DNA of 45,140 bases, counting the filler, from Jimgerdemannia flammicorona (lineage: Eukaryota): the NCBI GenBank assembly GCA_003990765.1. It is 2 parts of 2 records of this genome, joined end to end, with 100 filler letters (N's around TTAATTAATTAA, not from the genome) between each part and the next. Parts side by side here need not be neighbours in the genome. Positions count along the whole stretch, not along the records: positions 1 to 22,523 come from RBNJ01001256.1; 1 more part is not named here. One strand, written 5' to 3'. Made by a program: the position numbers and the translations under genes. The number at the start of each line of letters is the position of its first letter. The stretch's first letter is position 1. Below the pieces are notes generated by a model. The model worked only from the letters and a program-made list of their open reading frames with translations. It searched no databases and was not told where the DNA came from. Below, in pieces: positions 1 to 10,350 of this stretch.

Positions 1-1444
1 ATATCTCTTAGACTAACTCAAGTTGTTATAAGCAAGTTCTTATTGGAGTGCCTTCCCAAGGTCTTATAGTTCTCAAACTTCTTATCTTTAACTGTCTTGT
101 TATCTCTTAGATTGCTTGCAAGGAAGTATGTGTAAGTGAAACCAGAACTGACTTTATTTCAGAGGAAATAAGAGGGGTATTTATACAAAATACAATTCAA
201 TAGTTACTAAGATATAAAGCAAAATATAAATTCCAATAACTAAAACTACTAAGTTTCAGAGTCGGTACTGATGGTTGTATAGGTTCAGGATGCTGGCATT
301 ATTTAGTGTCATATCAAAATGCCGGTGCTGGAACAATTTTGTGTCATCTCAGAATACTAGTGCTGGCATTATCCAGTGTAACAAAGAACTTAGAGCAGAA
401 AGTTCAGGATCATGGGGGCTTTATCATCATCATCACTAAAGGAGATGAGATCTGTGAATTCATCATGCAGGTCGCGTGTTTCGTATATGTCGCGCAGGAT
501 GACATCATTGCCAATGACGTCATCACATTCGGCTGTGGCGGGGAAATCAGGAACAAGGTCTGGAGCTCTCCAGTCTATGAGGTTCTCTTCTACAAAATAA
601 GAGACAAATGTGGAGTCTTGGGGAGATCTAATCCAGATGCTTGGGCCTTGGAATACTGATATCAATCCTTGCAGGAATTGGTCTGGGTTGTCCTGAAGGA
701 TAGGGTTCCAGAAGTCTTCTACTTCTTCACTGTTGAGGGTGATAGTGGACCGGGCTTCTGTAGCCACCCTGGCTTCTAGTGCATTGATACAGTGAGATGA
801 TAGGTCTCTGAAGTCTGAGACTCTAACATACTCCAAGTTGGGGATCAACCATGGTGCATGCCTGAAGATCTGATAGATCTTCTTAGCTGTCCTTGTTTTG
901 TGTATATCTATGGGAGTGGCATCTTATAGCTCTTGGGTGCTGGCTTGTGGGAACTCCCAGCAGAGGAGGTTTCCTATTTCGTACTCCTGCCATATTTGAA
1001 GGCATTCGGTAGCAATAGTGATTCTTGTTTCCATTTCACAGCGGTAGAGAATGAAGTAATAAGGGTCTGCAGTACCCAGGTTGACACTAGGAGTCCTTCT
1101 TGAGCAGGTTCTCATGGCTCTTCTGATGTCTTGGAACATCCTCTCCTTGACCGAGATACCTTGGTGATTCCTTGACCTTGAGATTTGGCGAGCAGCAGAC
1201 ATTTTATTTGTGGTAAGTCTTTGAGCTATTTTGGGATTGGTGGTTCTTGTTGGTTACTGCTACTGCAGTTCCTTGATCCTTCTTTTATATTCTTCAGGAT
1301 GCTTGTGCTGTGGTCACAATGACTCACAGTTGGTCATCATTGCTCATCTTGTATGCTGTAAGATCTTCTTGTGCTCCGATCTGGTGACTTGTAAGGAAAA
1401 GCTGTCTCTGGTACTGATGTCATCATTCTGGGGTCACCATTATA
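1..1444 (-). repeat. Long LTR of Gypsy family A (third copy, left end cut by the window edge; 5' LTR of another copy or a solo LTR)
   Basis: Colinear with 27734-29283 and 42968-44521. Ends ...GGGTCACCATTATA versus ...CACCATTACA in the 5' LTR. Minus-strand TATAAATA near 178-185 and AATAAA at 153-158. It abuts the pre-RT region of the family B element. Confidence 0.93.
390..1202 (-). pseudogene. LTR-internal ORF ('ORFX'), 270 aa, unknown function, one internal TAA at 924-926
   Basis: ORFs 924..1202 and 390..848 are in the same frame, and the gap reads through without further stops (DATPIDIHKTRTAKKIYQIFRHAPW). The same frame is present in the other two LTRs, and a protein-level homologue lies at ~26470-27230. 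Confidence 0.8.
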
Positions 1445-1639
1445 CTATATTATGATAATAGTATAGAGTCTTTTCTTTGATATTCTTGAAGTCTGTGGCT
1501 AGGATATTCTTGAATTCATAGAGTATCTCTTGAGCTCCTTTTTGAGTGGGAATTTCTCTCCAATAATATAGCTATACTTGTTTATTATTTTCTCCTTTCT
1601 GTAATCTAGTTTGGTGATCTTAGTGCTAGCAAATACTCC

Positions 1640-3280
1640 TCTTCCTATAGATCTGAATTCTTTCTTTCCTCTTTCTGTTTCCTTTAACTTCTTGACTTCT
1701 ATAATCTTTAGCTAAAGAACTGGAAAGATCAACATCTGCACCAATCAGTCCTTCTTCTTAATTGGAAATAGAATTATAGAGTTGTGGTTCCTAGTAATTA
1801 GTAGTATTTCTCTAATATAGTCTGAATCAATTTTTTTTTTTTTTTTTTTTATGAACTCAGAGTTCTGTGGATTTTTATTAGAAGAGAACCTAGTCTATAT
1901 AGGGCAAAACCCTCTCTCACTACCTATTGAGTACTACTCCCCTATTAAATCTAGACTAGCTATTGTTCAGTAGCTTGACCATACTAGATGCAGCAGGGCC
2001 TAATGTGGCCTATACCTCATTCTGTACACCATGCTCTCCCTACTACTAGAGAGAACTCAGCCATATACTAATGATCAAAAATGTATGCCCAAAATCCCAA
2101 TATATATACAAGGCTATGTCTGAGCTAAATAGAATAGCCTCTGCTATCCCAAGTGGAATAAAAGATAAAGAAAAAACCCTCCTTAAAATATAGAATGGTG
2201 GATAGAGCTTAGTTCTCCTAAGCAAGATGAGTAGAGAACTTATATATAAGGCAGGAGGAGACCCTCAATATCCTACTACTCAAGCCTGTAGGCCTCAATC
2301 ATATTGCTATATCAGCTCTCAGTTCTAGTTAAAGATAGCCAAGATATCTGACCTAGATAGCCTCAGATCCTCTAGCTACTTCCAACAACTGGGGCCCAAT
2401 CTCACAAATTACCAAAAGTAGCCAAAAGTGATATCTATTACCTAACTGTCCTATATCAATCAAAAGGCCCCACTAAAGCAACACCTGCTCCAGCTCTGAT
2501 GATTGCCCTCAGCCTAGCATCCTACTGGTCTATCATTATCATTCTTCTACCTATCTGTGATGACCATCTCCTCTCCCATCCTGACTCTATCTAAAAAGCA
2601 GTTATATATGCTAGAACTATACTTGCTGGGAAGCTTACTAAAGCTCAGAGAGCTCTATTATAAGTACTAAGGACCTATAGGTAACCTATACTAGTACTTG
2701 ATATCTAAGGTCAGCCAACTCTATATATAGTCTATAATATATCAGATGATATCTTATTGATAATGGCAAAAGAAAAAAGATGCCATACTAAAATAAGTAT
2801 ACTTTAGATACAGTCAAAGGTATTAGAAACTATAAAAAAGTAAAGAAGATACTGATCTGACACTGATAAAGGGGCAACTCATCACTATTGCCTCCCTTCC
2901 ACTATGTCCTTATAGGTACAACTAACCAACCTAAGATAGAAAAGGTAATAATAGAGAAAAAAAGACTTAGAAGATTGTCTACCAAACTTTGTAACTGGTA
3001 AGGTAATAGAGAAAGGGGTGCTAAATGGCTTATAGTCTGAATCAACAACTTCTCTTTCAATTATAATCTCACTCTTGGCTAGACTACTTCTTATCTTAAA
3101 AATTCTGGTATAGTCTTTTGGAATAGCTATTTCCAGACCAATTATAAGTAAGATAGTTATCTGGAGCTTGAGTATGGTTTCTTTTATTATAGTGATATCT
3201 ATTATAGCTGTATTCTCTGACTTATATTCTGATAGAACTGCATCAGAATAGATCAACTGAATCTTGATCTTGATTTCTTC
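1640..3280 (-). pseudogene. dUTPase domain of family B pol, split by the LINE-like insertion
   Basis: IRSSLAKSEIIIEREVVDSDY (right of the insertion) continues as YIREILLITRNH...D*LVQMLI...ERGKKEFRSIG (left of it). These are decayed dUTPase motifs II-V. Confidence 0.8.
1831..3030 (-). mobile_element. 1.2-kb poly(A)-tailed retroposed insertion, probably a 5'-truncated LINE
   Basis: T20 run at 1831-1850. Exact 15-bp TSD TATAGTCTGAATCAA at 1816-1830 and 3031-3045. Removing it rejoins the dUTPase. I could not recognise a protein motif inside it. Confidence 0.85.
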
Positions 3281-5390
3281 TTTATCATCACTGTTCTTTA
3301 GGAGGGCTGGTGGTTTATCATTCTCTTCTTCCTCCTTTTCTTGTATTGCCTATTTCTCAAGAGCCTTCTGTCTTCTTTTATAATAGATTTTCTTGATTCT
3401 ACTGATATACTGGTAGCAATTATCAATATATTTCATATAGTACATCTTGATTCTATGAGAGTGGACTCCTTATAGTATATATTTTTTAATAATTCTTTTG
3501 TACTATTCTTTTTCACTAATCTATCTGATTTTCTTCTTCTTTTTCTGAGTAGTTATCATATAGACTTCTTCTTACTCACTTTCTTCTTTCTTTATCTCAG
3601 GCAGTACTCCTTTATTGATATTGACGAAAATTCATATCTTTTGATCTCAGTAAATGATCTGTATCTTCTGGGCATTGAGGTCAATTACTGCTCTGGCTTT
3701 ATAAAGTCACTGATTGCTAATGAGGATATTATAGTTAGTAGTATTGGTTATAATCATATCTACTGAGATGGTTGCTCCTCCAAACTTGATAGAAATATCT
3801 TAGATCTTTTCTAGAGGTGTGGCTCTTGTGCCATCTGCTGTGATAAATACCAATTTAGTTGCTTCTTAAACCTCCCAGCCTAGGCAGTCTGCTGCTTTCT
3901 TACTAAGGAGGCATCCTCCTACTCTAGTATCAATGATGGTCTTAAAGATTCTGACTTTAATTTGACAGATTGCATAGATAGAGATCTTGCAATTGTCTTC
4001 ACTTTCTTCTCCAAAGTCTTCTTAAACATTGTTAGCCTTGGTTATCTTCCAACCTTACTCCTTGGTTGTCTTGATAAGTCTATATCTTATTTGCTGTCTG
4101 AATGTAAGAATTTCTACCAGCTGGCCAAAGGCTGCATTGATATTCTATTGGCTAAGATTCTTGAAGATGTCATACTTGAAAGTCTTGGTCTTGTAAAGCT
4201 TTTTCTCTTTTTCTCCTTTACTGGCTGAAGTAGTTTCTCAAATGATATCTTGAATAGTCTATTTCAGTTCTATATCTTGATTCATTTCTTTACCTTGGCT
4301 TTCTGTAGCAGTTTCTATTTATTTTTCCACAGAGTTCTTCTTGGGTCTCTCTGGTGGTCTCTTGTAGAGTTACTTATAGACATTCTTCTTGATAGTCTCA
4401 GTGAAGTAGATTTTTTATTTTTCTTCATCTGATTCTCTAATTTCTTCAAAGGTAATAGTATTGGTCTATTTCTTATTTTGAGTAGCATTGCTTGACTAAA
4501 CCTTGTGCTTGGTTTTACTCATATATTTATATGAATAGTGGCCTTCTTTACAAGTGTAGCAGATATCTCTCTTCTTGTCTAAGGTGGCAGCAAACTTCTG
4601 AACTAGGCAGTGGTCTCTTCTTTTAATTTTCTTTACTATATCTCTAAGATAGGTAGTTATTTTAGTAAACTTTTTAGCAAGTTCCTCTATAGGGTTGCTG
4701 TTTCTCTATTGCTCTGTAGTTTTTGGCTAAGGTGTATTTCAATTGATTACTATGGTAGAAATTACACTAGTTGTCTTGAGTACTTTGATTCTGACTCCAG
4801 TGACTCTTTTCATTGTATAGTCTGTAGATGTCTGGCTATCTAGTATTACTAGATATAGGTGATCTTTTGTACTAGATCTAGGACTACTGGTGATGAGCAG
4901 ATGGCCAGAGCTATCTCTGGGTAGACTCTTTTCATAAATATTGCTTCTACTACTTGATCTCAGATAGCAGCAACATAATCTATAAGAATTATCTAATATC
5001 AGATTCTGGTATAGAATGTATTTAGATTCTTACTTATTTTTTGACATATTATATTGAGCTGATCTTTCAGGGCTTACTTGATCTCATCTATATAGTAGGT
5101 GGTTCAGAGCCAGGCCTTCTGTACTGCTAGTATGGTATCATCATTATTTCCCATATAGATTGCAGTTGTGAATACTGCTCTTATTAGTTCTTAGAGACTA
5201 AAGAACATGAGAGCTACTTGCTGTCTTACTATCAGAGTTCTTATAGCAGTATACTGCTTAAAGATATCAATGAATATAATGATTAATTCATCTAAGATAT
5301 ATCTATAGAATACTAGTAATCTCATATCTATTTTATTTCAGCTTAAAAGTAAGAGATTTGTCTTAAATCACCAGTTAATAGACACCAAGT

Positions 5391-5802
5391 TGTAATATAG
5401 TAGACACATAACTATATAAGTATGTTAGATTTCTGTTTCTTGAAAACTTGATCTTTTTTAACTCTACAGAGTTCTTAGGATATAGAATGGGTGAGTTCAA
5501 AGTATATCTACTTATAGGCTTACTAGTTTTCTTACTTTCTCTTTACTTTGAACTATTTCAATCTGAGGTTTATTCACTCTAGATACTGGGGATATTTATA
5601 CAAGTTTGCTAGCTATAAGGTGACTAAGTTATGACTATATTTTCTATGAGTTATTTTTTACAAGTATAGATTCTCTACATCTATGAAAATTCTATAATTA
5701 TGAAGATTCTATATTTATATTTGTAAAGTTTTTATATTTGTGAAAATATGACTGCTATTTGTAAGGCTATACTATATTTGGTAATTGGATTCAGGTACTA
5801 CA
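5391..5802 (-). repeat. Short (~410 bp) putative 5' LTR of family B
   Basis: Starts TGTAATA directly after the PBS-like CACCAAGT and ends TACTACA. Minus-strand TATAAATA (~5593-5600) followed by AATAAA (~5570-5575). The right boundary is inferred only from TG...CA termini. Confidence 0.6.
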
Positions 5803-5857
5803 ATCAAATATCTATTCTTCTGATTCATGTTACTAATTCAGACAACATATATTAGAC

Positions 5858-6128
5858 TAGAGATCTCAAATGGCTGACTATATAGCCAATGGCTGGCCAG
5901 GATAGCTCAGCCTTAAATTTACAGCCAACTGGCCTTAAATTTAGCCTGGCCAGCTAGCCAATCCATAAATTTAAGACCTAGCCACCCTGTCTTGGCCTTA
6001 AATTTACAGCCAACTAGTCAAGTGGCATTTACAGACCTTTTATTTAATTTGGAAAATTTGGAATAAATTTTAAGGCCGAGCCACCCTGGCCAGCCATTGG
6101 CCATATGGCCAGCCATCTAGGATCCCTA
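5858..6128. mobile_element. 271-bp hAT-like MITE
   Basis: ~60-bp imperfect terminal inverted repeats (TAGAGATC.../...GATCCCTA). 8-bp TSD TATTAGAC (5850-5857) / TATTGGAC (6129-6136). Internal GCCTTAAATTT repeats. An 8-bp TSD is typical of hAT elements. Confidence 0.8.
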
Positions 6129-7302
6129 TATTGGACTAACATGCCCTATTGGCTATTGATAGCCAATGCACATGTAATATTTCCTTTTAATCGTTTATAT
6201 AGTTTATATAGTCCTTTCTTTCTCTTCGCTGCATTTTGGTGTAAAAATGACATGCCATACCGCTGATCTGTGTATCTAGATAGCCCTTAGTTATATCTGA
6301 GCATAAATACTCTGAGGGGGGTTATCGCTCACCATATCCGCTTCACCTTGACTAGCTATCGGTGAGCACAAGCGCACGCCACCATGGTCCAAACAGTTAT
6401 TGGCATCTTCCAACACACACCAAGTAGATTCGGGTATTCTATAATTTTTCCTCATCGAACCGCTTTATGCATGCGACACCGCCTCCTCGTTCTACCGGCG
6501 ATTCATCACCAACAGACGCGCCACGCGGGCATAACAGGAGTCACGCCGTGACTTTTGAGGGTTGGAACAAAAGCTATACAGCATCATTTCAAGGAGCAGC
6601 TCCAGTGGGCAGCGAGCATTGAACGGCGAGCGATCATTGAAGCTGATTATATCAAACAACACATTTGGAGGATTTTGCCTCTGGGTTTTGTTGGATATAG
6701 CTGTCCTTAGAACCTTTGTAAGGGCGACCCATTGGACATATAATGATTTAAGGCAGTGGTGGGCTAGTAATGGCCAATTCTATCTTTCTGAATCCGACTC
6801 AAGCCATCCACAGATCATCGCAGCATGGTGGTGGGGATGCCGCAGGAACAGCAGTTGATGAAGCGGTCCCACAACCACGGAAACTGCACGCTCTATCACA
6901 ACACCCCGCCGGTATGGTGATTGCCAACCATATCCGAGATAACCATCGAAGCGGCTTCGTTGCCCTAATATATTATAAACCTGACGAGGTGTATAAACTA
7001 CATATATGCTCGGGACCAATCTATCTTACATTAACACGCACACCCCGCCAAGGAGGCCCATACCAAGCCGCAGAATCACATCCCCTCAATGTCCTCCCCA
7101 ACCCTGGCGAATATATATATACTACAAACGGCTCGATTCCCACCTCAGCGACGGTACAAGACCAATCTGCCAGACCCTTCTACACGTAATAAAAACCATT
7201 GATTTATTCGCCAGCTCGGCCAACATATACGTGACCGGCGCCCTCCAGCTACCGCATCGTATCGCCAGCTCTGTCCGCACTGTCCCTGCTGGTATACTAA
7301 TT

Positions 7303-8954
7303 CTACTGCGAGTACTGTCCCTGCTGAGGGTACTGTCCCTGCTGCGGGTACTGTCCCTGCTGCGGATACTGCCCTTGCGGATACGGCGAATACTGTCCCT
7401 GTTGTGGGTATTGTCCCTGTTGTGGGTACTGTCCTTGCTGATGTTGCCCCGAGTTAATTTGTCCCTGCGGGGGGTATTGTCCCTGTGGCGTGTATTGGCC
7501 CTGTTGCTGGTATTGGCCCTGTTGCGGGTACTGGCCCTGCTGCGGGAACTGACCCTGCTGCTTGTACTGGCCCTGCTGCGGGTACTGGCCTTGCTGCTGG
7601 AACTGCCCCTGCTGATTCTGATATTGTACGGGTTGCGCGGCAGTGATATTCGGTGACGGGGAGGCGGAGTAAGGAGCGGAGGAAGGAGCGACGCTGGTGG
7701 TGGGCGACGCGGGGTCCTGAAGGTTTGGCTTGTTGACCGTTGGTTCAACGATGTCCGGTTTCTGGAATCCGGCCTCGGACGGATCTGACTTGTAGACCAG
7801 GGACGCTCGGCCGTCGCTGTTTGGCTTGTGCTGCGGGTAGCTGGGTAGCTGGGTGGGAGAGGGAGGAGCGGCGATGGCGGCAGCCTTGACGGCGAGGACC
7901 GGGTCGGGGGTCGGGATCGGAGTCGGGGTTTCGTTCTGCAGGTTGACCGGCGGCTGGTGTGGGTAGGTCGGGGGGGGGCTTCGGGTTTCGTGATCGACGG
8001 CGGGCTGAATGGGAGGTTGCGGTTGCGGCTGTTGTTGATATCCCTCCTGGTTCTGGAAGGATGCTTGTGGCTGAGGGTTGACATGGTGGGGCGGGACCCC
8101 TCCCGCGCCGGGGCCGGCGAAGGCATTGGGGCCGGGCTGGTTGTTGTACTGATACTGTTGCTGCTGCTGGGTGTAGTACGGATCTCCTTGTATGGGTATG
8201 CGTTCGGGGCCGCCGGGACCACCGGGCCCGCCGGGGTTCACGTTGTTGAGCGAGTAGCTAGTTACGGGAGGCGGGAGCGGGGTGGCACGTTTCTTCTGCT
8301 GGGACCTCCGGTAGAAAAGGAAGCCAGCAACAGCGGCGATTAGGACGATGACGCCCGCGACGATGCCGACGATAGTCGGGATCCCGAGCCCACTAGAGGA
8401 AGAGGAATTAGAATTGTAATTGTAATTGTAATTGTAATTAGAGGTGCCGGTCGGGTAGTTGTTGTTGCTAGTGTAGCTGGGAATGTAGTAGTTGCTGGTG
8501 GCGGTCGCGTCCGACAAGTAGGAGGAGAGCAAGGGTTTGTAGTTTTGGCCTATGATCGGCGTGAAATGCCAGTTGGTGCTGGGGTCGACGAGGCCCTTGT
8601 TGCCGAATGTTTGACATTCTTGGAGAGCGATTGTCGTATACTGGCGGGTATAGGGAGTAGTTGTTGCGAGTATTTAGTCATCACGAAAACTGGGGGGTAT
8701 AAGAGGTAGTTGGTACGAGTACGGTCACTTCTTTGTTAAATACTCACGCTCGGCATCCCTGCACAATAGAAGCATAACGCGCAATCGTTTATATATTGTT
8801 GGGTACAGAAGATATCAGCCGACGCTGCACTGCACGCTGCCGAAGCCGTATTACAGCTGGTTTGGCCAGACGCCGGCGCCGGTGCCAGAACGGTGGCAAG
8901 GGTCAAACTCAAGGCGAGGGAGAGCGGCAAAGACGAGCGCATACCGCGAGTCAT
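7303..8954 (-). CDS. Type-I membrane protein (~514 aa): signal peptide, Cys-rich and Ser/Thr/Asn/Tyr-rich ectodomain, one TM helix, Pro/Gln-rich tail ending in QQGQYP repeats. Exons 8954-8748 and 8640-7303
   Basis: Hydrophobic N-terminus (LPLSLALSLTLATVLA). A GTGAGT donor at 8747, TGACTAA branch site and CAG acceptor at 8641 join the two ORFs in frame. TM segment IVGIVAGVIVLIAAVAGFLFY followed by RRSQQKKR. Confidence 0.85.
7306..7612 (-). repeat. Coding 18-bp tandem repeat (QQGQYP hexapeptide, about 15 units)
   Basis: Repeated TACTG(T/G)CCCTGCTGCGGG-type units on the + strand. Confidence 0.95.
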
Positions 8955-10350
8955 TATGGGGGGAGGGAGGGAGGGGGTGAACGAACAAAGCAAAGTCTGT
9001 CGATCTCGGTGGATTATTAAATGAGTGGCTGTTTACTCCAAGTCAAGCCTGCTCCTCGGAAAGAAAGAAAAAGTTTGATTGATCCCGTTCCTCGTCCTAC
9101 ATATTTTTAAACAACCAACATGTGGTAACACCCACATCTGAATTCGTAGCACGTGGTCCTTGACTGCGGCTTGGTGAGAAAGGGGAGGCCCTGCTCCTAA
9201 CCATTTGGGGTTTGTAGTTAGTTGGCAGGCCACATTTATAACTGGAGCCTCCCGACTATTTTAACACATCATCAGTATCGTGATTATCGAAGGACTTTTT
9301 GACCGTCTAGTATTGGTGTTGTACAAGCACGTCACTTTAGGCACATTTTAATTATAACTACGAACATCCCGAATGTTCCGGGTTTCGTTGCTGATCATTG
9401 GTCCTGACTCAACAGGGCAATAGGATCGCCCAAGCCCCAGAAAAATTCGGCCCAGCCGTGAATCTGGTTGCTTAGCCGTGAATTCGATTTGCTCGGCCGT
9501 CGTAATGGTGAGGTCAAATCAAGTGATGCATTGGGACGAGTTTTCTAACAAATATTTTTCTGCTCGGTTCGAAAACATGTATGAGCTGAGATTGTTACTT
9601 TGACAGTGCAGATTTGATGCAAATTTCATATCATACCGCTAAAGTTGCATATACATATAGCAGCAACCGATCTACTTATGCTTTTTTTTTTTACAGCCAC
9701 ATATATAAATATGTTTAATGGAATTCGGCGCATATATAACAAAGTCTTGGAGTACCATTGAGTATATACCTGCGCCATACATCTGTGCACCAAGTATGCC
9801 ATGTACGTGACATGGTTCTGTGATTTAAATTGACAAGGTGCCAAAGTCCATCTTAAGGGGTATTCGAGCAACAAGGTGGAAGCAAGTGCTACCAAACAAA
9901 TATCCTCAGATTATTCAGCTTTCCTCAACTACATCTTCAAGTTATACTCGAGAATTAAATAAAACAATTCTTCAAGGTCAATCAAAAGTACCGAATCCAT
10001 CTTGTTGCCTAAGTCCACTTTGGTGACTTGTCGATTTTTGCGCCGATTCCATTAAGCCAACAAAACTTGCAACATACCAAACAAAGAACGAAATAAAAAA
10101 AATAAAAAAAAACTGGTTCCAAAGTTTATCTAATCCTCGAAGCATTTAGAAAAACTAAAATTGCATCATGCACGCTTTTGTTTCTCAGCCCAGACAAGTT
10201 GTCAGACCTAAAGATGAGGCATGCTTTGAAGCAATGCATATCCTCCAGCATGTTGTGTCTCGTGCCCACACATGAGAATTGAAACTTTATCTTGCGAGCA
10301 CCTCCCTTCTTCTTAACTGTCCTCTTTCATTCCTTCGAAACGCAACCATC

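Larger units (their letters stand above)
1445..5802 (-). mobile_element. Degenerate Ty3/Gypsy element, family B (5' LTR, PBS, gag, protease, dUTPase; cut by the family A LTR before RT)
   Basis: Minus-strand motifs: CCHC knuckle remnant ICYTCKEGHYS (~4530-4565), protease KTIIDTRVGGCLL (~3905-3945) and dUTPase motifs. The leader/PBS at ~5338-5390 closely matches 42915-42967. Many stops. Confidence 0.85.

Noticed and set aside
306..659. Plus-strand ORF recurring in all three LTRs (also 1231-1455 and its copies)
   Set aside because: The recurrence follows from the LTR repeat itself. The first is antisense to ORFX, and only ORFX has a diverged homologue.
7006..8222. Leu-rich 216-aa (+) and Arg/Ser-rich 366-aa (-) ORFs
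   Set aside because: They are alternative-frame readings of the 18-bp repeat and the GC-rich membrane-protein gene.
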